In this document: in pieces, positions 1 through 10,015 of the stretch
How the letters are laid out: each line of letters begins with the position of its first letter
Numbering within the stretch: position 1 is the first letter of the stretch
From: Thermodesulfovibrionales bacterium
Lineage (GTDB): Bacteria; Nitrospirota; Thermodesulfovibrionia; Thermodesulfovibrionales; UBA6898
NCBI GenBank assembly: GCA_044450345.1
Contig: JBIOIY010000001.1
Span: 96,001 to 160,000 of the forward strand
Direction of reading: 5' to 3'
DNA: 64,000 nucleotides
Program-made: the position numbers and the translations under genes
The notes under the pieces: generated by a model
Told to the model about the DNA's origin: nothing
The model's database searches: none
The model's input: the letters and a program-made list of their open reading frames with translations, nothing else

Positions 1-220
1 GAACGCCGGCTGCTGATGCCCCGTATACCATATTGATAGAGGCGATCTCGCTCTCGGCCTGGATGAAGACCCCTCCGACCTCAGGCATCCTCCTGGCCAT
101 ATACTCGGGGATCTCGTTCTGCGGCGTGATGGGATAGCCCGCGTAAAAACGGCATCCCGCCTGTATCGCGGCCTCTGCGACCGCCTCATTCCCCTTCATA
201 AAGAATAATTTCTTTCTCAT
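1..220 (-). CDS. 2-oxoacid:ferredoxin oxidoreductase alpha-type subunit (VorB-like), runs off window
   Basis: Own translation from ATG at 220: [81 protein letters not shown] and QAESE motifs. Not in the ORF track. Confidence 0.9.
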   Translation of the reverse strand, partial: MRKKLFFMKGNEAVAEAAIQAGCRFYAGYPITPQNEIPEYMARRMPEVGGVFIQAESEIASINMVYGASAAGV

Positions 221-429
221 CCCTGGTCCTAGTATTTATTGTGCACCGCGAACAAATTTTGGGTTAATTATAGCACATCAGTCCCGTATCCAATATGTTG
301 AGGATAAACGTCGTGCGTGTGGGATAAAAAGACAAAACGATACTATTCCGGACTGCTGATTGGGGACTCCAGTGCTTCAGCGGTATCGAATTCCGCTATA
401 ATGCTCTTCGGGTATCTGACGAACTCCGA

Positions 430-459
430 TTGACAAACCCCCGGTCCTTTATTTAAGAT
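430..459 (+). promoter_or_regulatory. sigma70-like promoter for glyQS
   Basis: TTGACA-18nt-TAAGAT, followed by GAGGAG RBS before ATG at 483. Confidence 0.55.
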
Positions 460-482
460 TTTGTTTTACTTGAGGAGACTGA

Positions 483-1358
483 ATGTATTTTCAGGAACTG
501 ATTCTATCACTACAGAATTTTTGGGCAAAAAAAGGTTGTTTGCTGCTTCAGCCTTATGATATCGAGGTCGGAGCAGGCACCTTCCATCCCGCGACTTTCT
601 TCAGGGTCATCGGTCCCGAACCCTGGAAGACGGCTTATGTCCAGCCTTCCCGAAGGCCCACCGACGGCAGGTACGGCGAGAATCCTAACAGGCTTCAGCA
701 TTACTATCAATATCAGGTAATCATAAAACCTTCCCCTGCAGACAGTCAGGGGATTTACCTCGAGAGTCTCACCGAGATCGGGATCGACCCGACGAAACAC
801 GACATCAGGTTCGTCGAAGACGATTGGGAATCGCCCACTCTCGGGGCCTGGGGACTCGGCTGGGAGGTATGGCTGGACGGCATGGAAGTCACCCAGTTCA
901 CCTATTTTCAGCAGGTCGGAGGCATAGACCTGAGGCCGGTATCTCTTGAAATAACCTACGGGCTCGAACGGATCGCGATGTACCTCCAGGGCGTAGACAA
1001 CGTCTATCACCTCAAATGGAACAAAGAGCTGATGTACGGGGACGTACACCATATGAGCGAAGTCGAGGGATCGAAATACAATTTCGACCATTCAAATGCC
1101 GAACTGCTTGTCCGCCATTTCGAGGACTGTGAAAGGGAGTCGATCAGAATGAACTCCCTTGGTCTTGTTATTCCTTCTTACGAGTTCTGTCTCAAATGTT
1201 CTCATCTCTTCAATCTCCTCGACGCAAGAGGGGCGATATCGGTGACCGAGCGGACCAAATATATAGCGAGGGTCCGAAACCTCGCCAAGCTCTCCGCCGA
1301 GGCTTTCTATAAACAAAGGGAAGAGATGGGATTTCCATTGCTGAGGACTAAAAAGTGA
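483..1358 (+). CDS. glyQ: Glycine-tRNA ligase alpha subunit
   Basis: [38 protein letters not shown] motifs. Confidence 0.98.
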   Translation: MYFQELILSLQNFWAKKGCLLLQPYDIEVGAGTFHPATFFRVIGPEPWKTAYVQPSRRPTDGRYGENPNRLQHYYQYQVIIKPSPADSQGIYLESLTEIGIDPTKHDIRFVEDDWESPTLGAWGLGWEVWLDGMEVTQFTYFQQVGGIDLRPVSLEITYGLERIAMYLQGVDNVYHLKWNKELMYGDVHHMSEVEGSKYNFDHSNAELLVRHFEDCERESIRMNSLGLVIPSYEFCLKCSHLFNLLDARGAISVTERTKYIARVRNLAKLSAEAFYKQREEMGFPLLRTKK

Positions 1359-3454
1359 ATTCTACTAATTCTGAAGCTACAACAGTCGGCTCGCAGACAG
1401 ACCGGCCCCTGCTGCTCGAGATAGGCACCGAGGAGATACCGGCGAGATTTCTTCCGACTTCAATTGCGGACCTGAAAAATATTGCAACAGCGGTCTTCGA
1501 AGAATACCGCATACCCTTCCGCGAGGCGCGGTCGTATGCAACTCCGAGGAGGCTTGTTCTCATAATGAAAGACGTGGCCCCCATGCAGGACGACATTGTA
1601 AAAGAGGTCTTCGGTCCCTCCAGGAAAGTCGCCTTCGACGAGCAGGGAAATGCGACAAAGGCGGTTACCGGATTCGCGGGCTCCCTCGGACTTAATGTCT
1701 CAGATCTCGTTGTAAAGATGAAGGGCAAGGGCGAATACATGGCTGCCGTCATACATGAAAAAGGCATGGAAACAAAGCGGGTGCTGCCCGAAGTCTTCAA
1801 AAAGATCGTGCTCTCTCTGCGTTTTCCGAAATCCATGCGGTGGGGGAGCGGCGATCTCCTGTTCGTCAGGCCGATCCACTGGCTGGTCACCCTTTATGGC
1901 CCCGACACAATACAGATAGACATAGACGGCATCAAGAGCGGAAACATGACACGCGGACACCGGTTCCTCTCCCCCGCTTCTTTCCAGATAAAGGAGATTT
2001 CGTCCTTCATGAATCTTCTCGAAAACAACTTCGTTCTGCTCGACCAGGAAGAGCGCCGAAAAAAGATACGTGCCGGGATTACCGCCTTCGCGGCCCAGTC
2101 CGGCGGTCAGCCTGTCATGGACGAGGACCTTCTTGGACTCGTGAATTATCTGGTCGAATATCCTATGTCTGTCCTATGCGGCTTTGACCGCGAATATCTA
2201 AAACTTCCGAAAGAACTCCTCATCACCGTGATGAAGGACCATCAGAAGTACTTCGGGATCCAGGACGACGAAGGTAATTTACTTAATCAGTTCATCGTGA
2301 TCAGCAATACCCTTGCGGAAAACAGCGAAACCGTCAGGACCGGCGCCGAAAAAGTCATCAAGGCGCGGTTCGACGACGCCAAGTTTTATTATTATGAAGA
2401 CATGAAAAGACCACTCATCGACAGGGTCGACGATTTAAAGAGTGTCACGTTCCATGATCAACTCGGCAGTCTGCATGACAAGACAGAGAGGATCGTATCG
2501 ATGGGGACCTTCCTGGCGGAGAAACTTCTCCCGGCCCTGCTTGACAAAGTCGTAAGGGCGGCGGGTCTTTCAAAGACCGATCTGATCACCGGCGTTGTCA
2601 GAGAATTTCCTGAACTTCAGGGTGTGATGGGAAAATATTATGCCTTGCATGACGGCGAGGACAAAGGGATACCTGAGTCGCTCGAAGAACAGTATTTTCC
2701 AAAGTCTCTGGGAGGCCGGATGCCTGAAACAGACATCGGCGCTCTACTCAGCCTTTCCGACAAGATCGACAATATAGCCTCTTTTTTCTCGATCGGACTA
2801 ATGCCGACGGGCTCAGAGGACCCCTTCGCGCTCAGAAGGCAGGCGATCGGAGTTGTGTCGCTACTGATCGACCGGGGCTACGCAGTGACCATCGAGGAGA
2901 TTTTCAGGAAGGCGCTTCAGAGCGTGCCGATAAGGTCCGCACGCGACATGTCAGGCGACATACTGGATTTTATGGGGCAGAGGGTAGAATTCGTACTCTC
3001 CTCAAAAGGCCATGCTCAAGACCTCGTGAAGTCCCTTCTTCCCTTGATATCAAGCCGACCGCTGAAGACCGTTGTGGCCCGGATCGAGGCCCTTCAGATC
3101 TTTAGGCAGGATGAAATCTTTCCTCAATTTCTCCTGGCGATAAAGAGGGTCAACAACATCATGCCCAAAACAGACCTTCCGCAGCTGTCCGAAGATCTCC
3201 TGGCCCAGGAAGAAGAAAAAAGTCTCTACGGCGCGTTTATGCTGTTGAGGGAACGGATCTCTCCGCTTCTCGGGGAAGAGAATTATGTGGGCGGACTCAT
3301 GGCATTGTCCGAGATAACGCCTGCCGTCAACAACTTCTTCGACAAGATCCTCGTCATGGACAAAGATGAGGACATTAAATCAAACAGGCTGGCACTGCTG
3401 AAAGAGATCTGGTCGACGGCCTTATTGTTCGCAGACTTCTCTAAACTTTCGTGA
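1355..3454 (+). CDS. glyS: Glycine-tRNA ligase beta subunit
   Basis: [40 protein letters not shown]; overlaps glyQ stop. Confidence 0.97.
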   Translation: MNSTNSEATTVGSQTDRPLLLEIGTEEIPARFLPTSIADLKNIATAVFEEYRIPFREARSYATPRRLVLIMKDVAPMQDDIVKEVFGPSRKVAFDEQGNATKAVTGFAGSLGLNVSDLVVKMKGKGEYMAAVIHEKGMETKRVLPEVFKKIVLSLRFPKSMRWGSGDLLFVRPIHWLVTLYGPDTIQIDIDGIKSGNMTRGHRFLSPASFQIKEISSFMNLLENNFVLLDQEERRKKIRAGITAFAAQSGGQPVMDEDLLGLVNYLVEYPMSVLCGFDREYLKLPKELLITVMKDHQKYFGIQDDEGNLLNQFIVISNTLAENSETVRTGAEKVIKARFDDAKFYYYEDMKRPLIDRVDDLKSVTFHDQLGSLHDKTERIVSMGTFLAEKLLPALLDKVVRAAGLSKTDLITGVVREFPELQGVMGKYYALHDGEDKGIPESLEEQYFPKSLGGRMPETDIGALLSLSDKIDNIASFFSIGLMPTGSEDPFALRRQAIGVVSLLIDRGYAVTIEEIFRKALQSVPIRSARDMSGDILDFMGQRVEFVLSSKGHAQDLVKSLLPLISSRPLKTVVARIEALQIFRQDEIFPQFLLAIKRVNNIMPKTDLPQLSEDLLAQEEEKSLYGAFMLLRERISPLLGEENYVGGLMALSEITPAVNNFFDKILVMDKDEDIKSNRLALLKEIWSTALLFADFSKLS

Positions 3455-3457
3455 ACT

Positions 3458-4225
3458 TCACAAACCTGCAACCCTGAGCACTATCACACTTATGTTGTCC
3501 ATCCCCCTGGCAGAAATGGCCCTATCGAAGAGACATTGCACCGTTCTTTCCTGATCTGTAAAACATTCCTCCATTTCTGTGCGTCTCACGCTCTCCCACA
3601 AACCATCGGTGCAGATAAGAAAAGTGCTGTCGCCGGAAATGCCCACCGTCTTAACATCAAATTCCGGCAGGCTGCCCCGCAGGTCGGCGATAGCCGCAGA
3701 AGTAATAATATTCTTTTGCGGGTGAGACCTCATCTCGTCCTCCGTTATCGTCCCGAAGTCGGCAAGCTCCTGCACGACGGAATGATCTCTTGTAAGCCTT
3801 TCGAGAGAGCCGCCTTGCAGACGATAGACCCTGCTGTCGCCGCAATTAAAGACAAATGCATCTTTATCCGCAAGAAAAATTCCGGAGACTGTAGTGCCCA
3901 TCCCATAGTTATTTCCGTCATCCCTGGCAAGCATGTTCAGAGTTTCCTTAGAAGACAACATGATCTCACTGATATCACCGGCCTTTTGAATGTACTGATA
4001 TCGTTTCTTAAAAACCTGAAGGACGGTCCTGCTCGCGACCTCTCCCCTATGATGTCCACCCATGCCGTCTGCAACAACATAGATCTGCCCTGCTTCGGAG
4101 GACTGCACACACGCCGCTCTGTCCATGCTGACCCCCGAAACAAGCAGGTCGTTTACCAGGAGGGAATCTTCATTCTTTTCTCTGGCTTTGCCGATATTCG
4201 AGATGTAACAGGCATCTACCCGCAT
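3458..4225 (-). CDS. PP2C-family Ser/Thr protein phosphatase
   Basis: NEDS, VADGMGG, GTT, GDSR, CTDGL, DNIS motifs. Confidence 0.93.
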   Translation of the reverse strand: MRVDACYISNIGKAREKNEDSLLVNDLLVSGVSMDRAACVQSSEAGQIYVVADGMGGHHRGEVASRTVLQVFKKRYQYIQKAGDISEIMLSSKETLNMLARDDGNNYGMGTTVSGIFLADKDAFVFNCGDSRVYRLQGGSLERLTRDHSVVQELADFGTITEDEMRSHPQKNIITSAAIADLRGSLPEFDVKTVGISGDSTFLICTDGLWESVRRTEMEECFTDQERTVQCLFDRAISARGMDNISVIVLRVAGL

Positions 4226-4441
4226 ATCATTCCACCCTTTCCTCTTTCTACCGGAGCCCTGACTTTTTTACAGTATACAGGAGAACGGCATATACGGCAT
4301 TCACGAATTATTATGGCAGTGACTCAGTCACTACCATTATTATCTGAATACAGTCCCCTTGACAAGTCCGGGCATCGGCGGTAATTTTCAGTATACTTGC
4401 ATGAGGTCTTTTTTAGGGTAGTAAAAAGGAAAGAGTAAACC

Positions 4442-5086
4442 ATGTTCCTGGACAGAAGAGATGCAGGAGCCAAACTGGCATCAAAACTCCTCAAGTACAA
4501 GGACAATAAAGACGTCCTTGTCCTGGCGCTGCCCCGTGGCGGAGTAATGACCGGCTACGAGACGGCGCGGGCGCTGCGGGTGCAGATGGATGTTCTGATC
4601 GTCCGCAAAATAGGAGTCCCCTGGCAGCCGGAATTCGCTGCCGGGGCCCTCTCAGAAACAGGCGCCCTCGTCATTAACAAACTCGTAGTGTCGGGCTACA
4701 AAATATCAAAGGAATTTCTGGAAAAAGAAGTCTCGAGACAGAAAGAGGAGATATCGAGAAGGATCGAACTTTATCGCAACGGAAAGGGCATCGCCGGCCT
4801 GGAGGACAAGATCATCATCCTTATAGACGACGGCGCCGCCACGGGGGCGACGATGAAGGCCGCGGTCGAAACCTTGGGGGAGGCCAAGATCATGAAACTC
4901 GTCGTTGCCCTCCCGGTTTCCCCCGCCGACACGGCAGAAGAACTGCGGGGGATGTCGGATGAATTTGTCTGCATCGAAACCCACGACGATTTTCTTGCCG
5001 TCGGCAACTATTACCGGGACTTTACCCAGGTTTCGGACGAGGAGGTGGTTGACCTTCTTGAGCGGTCAAAAAAGGAAAAAGGTTGA
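4442..5086 (+). CDS. Phosphoribosyltransferase family protein
   Basis: DRRDAG, LALPRGG, VRKIG, ILIDDGAATG PRPP-binding motif. Confidence 0.9.
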   Translation: MFLDRRDAGAKLASKLLKYKDNKDVLVLALPRGGVMTGYETARALRVQMDVLIVRKIGVPWQPEFAAGALSETGALVINKLVVSGYKISKEFLEKEVSRQKEEISRRIELYRNGKGIAGLEDKIIILIDDGAATGATMKAAVETLGEAKIMKLVVALPVSPADTAEELRGMSDEFVCIETHDDFLAVGNYYRDFTQVSDEEVVDLLERSKKEKG

Positions 5087-5156
5087 TGCATAGCGCATAT
5101 ACGTCCGCTTTCCGCTTCATGTGATATATTGCTGAAAAATTGCTGCGCAAGAAATA

Positions 5157-5186
5157 TTGACAATTCCTCTTTGATTCTAGTATGTT
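5157..5186 (+). promoter_or_regulatory. sigma70-like promoter for rplM-rpsI
   Basis: TTGACA-18nt-TATGTT in AT-rich region upstream of rplM. Confidence 0.5.
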
Positions 5187-5230
5187 ATATAGTTCTTAAA
5201 TATTTCATAAGAAAGTAAAGAGGTTTGATA

Positions 5231-5656
5231 ATGAAGACTCAGTTCGCAAAAAAAGGTGATTTCGACCGGAAGTGGTATGTAGTCGACGCCAAAGACGCGG
5301 TGCTCGGGAGGCTTGCGGTAAAAGTCGCAACTTACCTCAGGGGCAAAAATAAACCGGTCTTTACGCCGAACGTCGACACCGGTGATTTTATCATCGTGAT
5401 CAATGCAGAGAAAGTACGTCTGACGGGAAATAAGCAGACCGACAAGATGTACTATCATCATTCCGGCTACGTCGGCGGCATCAAGGCGAAGAGCGCCAAA
5501 GACTTGCTGGAAGATCATCCGGAAAAGATCATCGAGCAGGCTGTATGGGGCATGCTTCCGAAGAACAGGCTCGGAAGGACGATGATCAAGAAACTTAAAG
5601 TATACAGGGGAGCGGAGCATCCACACAGGGCGCAGTCCCCGGAAATTCTGCAATAA
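5231..5656 (+). CDS. rplM: 50S ribosomal protein L13
   Basis: [39 protein letters not shown] at 5231 chosen after GAGG. Confidence 0.98.
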   Translation: MKTQFAKKGDFDRKWYVVDAKDAVLGRLAVKVATYLRGKNKPVFTPNVDTGDFIIVINAEKVRLTGNKQTDKMYYHHSGYVGGIKAKSAKDLLEDHPEKIIEQAVWGMLPKNRLGRTMIKKLKVYRGAEHPHRAQSPEILQ

Positions 5657-5666
5657 AGGAGTTTAC

Positions 5667-6059
5667 ATGGCCGAGATAAAATATACAGCAACCGGAAGAA
5701 GGAAGACCTCGATAGCACAGGTGAGTATGATGACTGGGAACGGGAAGATAACGGTGAATAAGAAGCCGGTTGAAACCTATTTCCCGAGAGAGGTCCTGCG
5801 CATGATCATCCGCCAGCCGCTCGAACTTGTGGGCGCTACGGGCAAGCATGACATCACTATAAAGGTTGAAGGCGGTGGACCGACCGGACAGGCGGGCGCG
5901 GTCAGACACGGCATTTCGCGTGCGCTCCTCAAAATGGACGCGGACCTGAGAGGCAGGCTGAAGAAAGAAGGCTTTCTGACGAGAGACCCCAGGGAGAAAG
6001 AAAGAAAGAAATACGGACTCAAGGGCGCCAGGAAACGCTTCCAGTTCTCCAAGAGATAA
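5667..6059 (+). CDS. rpsI: 30S ribosomal protein S9
   Basis: [36 protein letters not shown]. Confidence 0.98.
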   Translation: MAEIKYTATGRRKTSIAQVSMMTGNGKITVNKKPVETYFPREVLRMIIRQPLELVGATGKHDITIKVEGGGPTGQAGAVRHGISRALLKMDADLRGRLKKEGFLTRDPREKERKKYGLKGARKRFQFSKR

Positions 6060-6102
6060 TTGCATCCTAAGAGCGCAAGCTCTGAAGTCTTTTTTGATTT
6101 GT

Positions 6103-6136
6103 GAGGGCCCGTTCTTGAAACGGGCCCTTGCTTTTT
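6103..6136 (+). terminator. Intrinsic terminator after rpsI
   Basis: AGGGCCCGTT-loop-AACGGGCCCT then T-rich tail. Confidence 0.7.
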
Positions 6137-6185
6137 GTAGAATTGGAAAAACCATACACTTACCTTGGAAGATGAGGGAGTCACA

Positions 6186-7226
6186 ATGATAAAAATTGCT
6201 ATTTGCGGAGGCAGCGGTTATACAGGGATAGAACTCCTGCGGATACTGTCGGGCCATCCGGACGCGATAATAACGGCGATAACGTCGGAGAAATCAGCAG
6301 GCAAGAGACTGGCCGGGCTATTCCCCCATCTGCATAAATACGGGGACCTGGTATATGAGCCCCTGAACAAGGAAAAACTTCTCGCTAAAGCGGATGTCTT
6401 CTTCCTTGCGCTCCCGCATGGGGCCTCGCAGGAAGCGGTAAACTTCTTCTTCAGAAACGGGAAGAAGGTCATAGACCTCTCTGCTGATTTCAGGCTGAGA
6501 GATCCTGAGACGTACAAGGACTGGTACGGGCTGCCTCACGACTTTGTTCCGACCCTGAAAAAAGCGGTCTACGGTCTGCCCGAGATATACCGCAACAAGA
6601 TAAGAAAGGCAGGGCTCATCGCCAATCCGGGCTGCTACCCCACGGGCGCGATCCTCGGCCTGCTGCCGGCGATCAAGTCCGGGCTTGTCGATCTGTCCTC
6701 GATAGTCATTGACTCGAAATCCGGCACGAGCGGAGCGGGAAGGAAGGCGGACCTTGCGGTCTCTTTTTGCGAGGTGAACGAGGGGTTCAAGGCATACGGG
6801 ATCGGCACACACAGGCACACACCCGAGATAGAGCAGGAACTTTCCGCTCTTTCAGGCAGGGAGATAATCGTCAATTTCACTCCCCATCTGCTGCCCATAG
6901 ACAGGGGCATATTGACGACGACATACGCAAGACTTATAAAAAAGACGGACACTGCCTCGGTATTGAATCTATATAAGAAAAAATATGCCGGCGAGCCCTT
7001 CGTTGAGGTGCTTCCGGAAGGGATATTCCCGAACATCAAGAATGTGAGGGGCACGAATTTTTGCGAAATCGGCGTCAAAGTCAATGCAAGGACAAACGCG
7101 CTCATTATCGTGTCTGCCATCGACAATCTTGTAAAGGGCGCTTCGGGCCAGGCGGTCCATAACATGAACATCATGATGGGAATTGAAGAGGAGAGGGGCC
7201 TAGGCAATCTGGCCCTATTCCCGTGA
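6186..7226 (+). CDS. argC: N-acetyl-gamma-glutamyl-phosphate reductase
   Basis: GGSGYTG, DLSADFRL, ANPGCYPT, SGTSGAGR, DNLVKGASGQA. Confidence 0.97.
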   Translation: MIKIAICGGSGYTGIELLRILSGHPDAIITAITSEKSAGKRLAGLFPHLHKYGDLVYEPLNKEKLLAKADVFFLALPHGASQEAVNFFFRNGKKVIDLSADFRLRDPETYKDWYGLPHDFVPTLKKAVYGLPEIYRNKIRKAGLIANPGCYPTGAILGLLPAIKSGLVDLSSIVIDSKSGTSGAGRKADLAVSFCEVNEGFKAYGIGTHRHTPEIEQELSALSGREIIVNFTPHLLPIDRGILTTTYARLIKKTDTASVLNLYKKKYAGEPFVEVLPEGIFPNIKNVRGTNFCEIGVKVNARTNALIIVSAIDNLVKGASGQAVHNMNIMMGIEEERGLGNLALFP

Positions 7227-7253
7227 TCTCCAGGATTATGCGGAACAATTGTT

Positions 7254-7313
7254 TGTCATCCCGGCTTGTCCGGGATCATTTTCAAGAAGGATTCCCGGCA
7301 AGCGGGAATGACA
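7254..7313. repeat. REP-like double hairpin (TGTCAT...ATGACA family)
   Basis: TGTCATCCCGGCTTGTCCGGGAT...GATTCCCGGCAAGCGGGAATGACA; related half copy at 37057-37082. Confidence 0.7.
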
Positions 7314-7346
7314 GAGCGCAATGTCTTTGTCAGGAACGACAACTAA

Positions 7347-8543
7347 ATGTCTGAACATAACGCCATAAAAACCCCCCAGGGGTTTCTCTTCTCCGTTGCA
7401 GAGGCTGCCGTCAAGAAACCCGGCCGTAAGGACATCGCGCTGATCGTCTCTGAAGTGGACGCGACTATTGCGGGTACCTTTACGACAAATGCGGTAAAGG
7501 CGGCGCCGGTAAGGCTCTGCATGCAAAATATCAAGTCCGGCCGCGGCAGGACGATAGTCGTGAACAGCGGCAACGCCAACGCCTGCACCGGAGCACAGGG
7601 GCTTAAGGATGCCGGGAAGATCGCCTCTCATATTTCGCACTCCCTGGGAGTAAAGCCATCTCTGTCGTATGTCTGCTCCACCGGCGTCATAGGCGTCCCG
7701 CTGCCTATGGAGAGGATCACTCCTGCCCTCGGCATATTGCTGGAGAATGCCGGAGATCATTCTCTCCTCGACGTTGCGAAGGCCATCATGACAACTGATA
7801 CCTTTCCAAAGATAACGTCACAGGAAGTCACCATCGGAGAGAAGACAGGGGTGATCGCAGGGATATGCAAGGGCTCAGGGATGATCCAGCCGCACATGGC
7901 TACGATGCTCTGTTTTATTATCACGGACATCGCGGTTGAACGGAAGGCCCTTCAGGCGCTGTTGAAGGATTCAGTGGGGCGGTCTTTTAACCGTATCACC
8001 ATTGATGGTGATATGTCGACTAACGACACGGTACTTCTGATGGCCAATAGCATGCTCGGTAACAAGCCGATCACTGCGAATTCGAAATGTGTCAGGGCGT
8101 TCAAGGCTGCTCTCGATAAAGTGACTTATGGACTGGCCAGACTCGTAGTCAGGGACGGCGAAGGTGCAACAAAACTGATCGAGGTCACTGTGAAGGGGGC
8201 CGGGAATGAAGCTCACGCCGAAAAAGTCGCATTTGCGGTCGCAAATTCAAATCTCGTAAAAACGGCGATATACGGGAATGACGCTAATTGGGGCAGGATC
8301 ATGTGTGCGGTGGGATATTCAGGAGTACCTTTCCGGGAGGATAAGACAGATATTTTCTTCAACGGGACACAGGTGGTCAGAGGTGGCATCTCTAACAACA
8401 AGGATAAAGAGGCTACCGAGGTTTTGAAGTCGAAAGAGATAGGGATTACGATCGATCTCCATTCAGGCAAGTCCTCTGCAAGCGTCCTCACCTGCGACTT
8501 AACAGAAGATTACATCCGCATCAACGCGGAATACAGGACATAA
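7347..8543 (+). CDS. argJ: Bifunctional glutamate N-acetyltransferase / amino-acid acetyltransferase
   Basis: NSGNANACTG, STGVIG, IMTTDT, KGSGMIQPHMATML, DGDMSTND, DGEGATK, NAEYRT. Confidence 0.97.
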   Translation: MSEHNAIKTPQGFLFSVAEAAVKKPGRKDIALIVSEVDATIAGTFTTNAVKAAPVRLCMQNIKSGRGRTIVVNSGNANACTGAQGLKDAGKIASHISHSLGVKPSLSYVCSTGVIGVPLPMERITPALGILLENAGDHSLLDVAKAIMTTDTFPKITSQEVTIGEKTGVIAGICKGSGMIQPHMATMLCFIITDIAVERKALQALLKDSVGRSFNRITIDGDMSTNDTVLLMANSMLGNKPITANSKCVRAFKAALDKVTYGLARLVVRDGEGATKLIEVTVKGAGNEAHAEKVAFAVANSNLVKTAIYGNDANWGRIMCAVGYSGVPFREDKTDIFFNGTQVVRGGISNNKDKEATEVLKSKEIGITIDLHSGKSSASVLTCDLTEDYIRINAEYRT

Positions 8544-8565
8544 TAGGTTTTATCCTGGTGCATGT

Positions 8566-8765
8566 GGGGCTTTGCCCCACACCCCAGGTACCCTTCTTGC
8601 TTGCTCCAAGAAGCGTACCCGTAAGAAGGTCACCCCGACGAACCTTCCCGGGCGGTTCGCACTGCCGTCCTCGGTAGATTTTAGGAACTCGCCCTTCGGG
8701 CTCAGACAGCCTAAAATCTTTCACCCTGCGGGCGACAGCACTCACCTGGAAGTTTCGAAGGGGGT
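8566..8765 (+). repeat. Structured noncoding element, copy 1
   Basis: Hairpins GGGGC-TTT-GCCCC, CTTCTTG..CAAGAAG, GATTTTAGG[AACTCGC..GCTCAGACA]CCTAAAATC. Confidence 0.65.
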
Positions 8766-8808
8766 TGATAGACCTAGAGGCATTTTCAAAAAGGTATTGT
8801 ATTAATGG

Positions 8809-9001
8809 GCCCCTTCTAAAATTTAGGTTGGCTGAAGCGTATAAAATTTTCGCATGTTTGAGCCCCGACTTTGGGGCGAGTTCGAAAATTTAGTAAAGCC
8901 GACCGTCACGATAGTGAAATTTTAGCTGGGGTGTGTTCTTTTGCGGCGGTTTTCTGTCGCATCACAGAAAAGCGCCCGGGGTATAAGGGGCAGAGACCCT
9001 T
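8809..9001 (-). repeat. Structured noncoding element, copy 2 (inverted)
   Basis: On minus strand: GGGTCTCTGCCCC, TTTTCTG..CAGAAAA, AAATTTTCG[AACTCGC..GCTCAAACA]CGAAAATTT; same motif order as copy 1. Confidence 0.65.
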
Positions 9002-9021
9002 TCTCAGATGAGGGGCAAGGC

Positions 9022-9789
9022 CTATCGGATGGAAAACGAGTCCAGAATACCGTAAAATGCCGTCACCGCCACTGAATCGGCGGGAAGTTCTACGATGCCT
9101 TTGCCCTGCAGGTCGTATTCGAAGATTTGATGGTCCTGTGGGACAATCCCTGCAACGGTCAGCCCCATCTCCTCCGCGAGTTTCCTGAGATCCTGCCCTT
9201 CGTCACCCGAAACGCGGTTAATGATCAGGGCGTGTTTGGCGACGTCGAGTTCGAGCTCCTTTACCAGTCCGTCTATCCTCTGTGCGGTGCGCACACCTCT
9301 GACCGTCGGGTCGCTGACGATGAGGAGAAGATCGACCTTATGCGTTGTCCGCCTGCTTAAATGCTCCATTCCTGCCTCGTTGTCGATGACCACATATGAA
9401 TATGTTTCGGACAGCTTGTCGGTATATTTTCTGATGATGTTATTTGCCGCGCAGTAACATCCGGGGCCCTCAGGCCTTCCCATGACCATCAGGTCGAACC
9501 CCTTCGCCTCCACAACAGACTGCTGGACCTGATAGTCGAAGAGCTGCTCCATCGCCATGCCGCCCGGCCGGTCGCCGCCGCTACGTATAGCCTGGAGCGA
9601 CTCCTCCCTTAGGCCGCCTATCGTAGCGTGTACATCCACACCCAACGCTTCGTTCAAACAGGAATTGCTGTCTGCATCGACCGCAAGCACGGGTTTTTTC
9701 TTTTTTTCCATAAGATACTTAACGGTCAGAGCGGCAATGCTCGTCTTACCTGTGCCGCCCTTCCCTGCCAGTGCGATTACGTATGCCAT
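9022..9789 (-). CDS. CooC/AcsF-family nickel-insertion ATPase (CODH/ACS maturation)
   Basis: Deviant Walker A GKGGTGKT, DAD, MGRPEGPGCYC, DNEAGMEHLSR. Confidence 0.9.
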   Translation of the reverse strand: MAYVIALAGKGGTGKTSIAALTVKYLMEKKKKPVLAVDADSNSCLNEALGVDVHATIGGLREESLQAIRSGGDRPGGMAMEQLFDYQVQQSVVEAKGFDLMVMGRPEGPGCYCAANNIIRKYTDKLSETYSYVVIDNEAGMEHLSRRTTHKVDLLLIVSDPTVRGVRTAQRIDGLVKELELDVAKHALIINRVSGDEGQDLRKLAEEMGLTVAGIVPQDHQIFEYDLQGKGIVELPADSVAVTAFYGILDSFSIR

Positions 9790-10015
9790 ATATGTTTACC
9801 CCACTCTCTTCATTTTTAATATATATATTATACCGCTCGCCACTCTGAAAATTCTCCATTGCATTAATGGAACCGGATTGCGCTTATCGAAAACATGAGC
9901 GTTCATGAATAATCCAGGCCAAACTTGATATAATGTTGCAGATCATGCCGGAAGTTATGAGCAGTATTATTGATCTGTTTTTCAAAGATCGTGTATCTGG
10001 AGGATTCTATTTTTA

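Noticed and set aside
221..482. T-box or riboswitch upstream of glyQS
   Set aside because: No T-box consensus or terminator/antiterminator seen; a promoter lies close to the start.
8572..8805. 77-aa ORF (and antisense 8521-8745)
   Set aside because: Falls within the structured repeat; no coding features.
9790..10015. Mg-sensing leader for mgtA, or an IS end near 9898-9920
   Set aside because: No M-box-like structure or proline-rich leader recognised; the possible IS end has no partner or transposase in the window.
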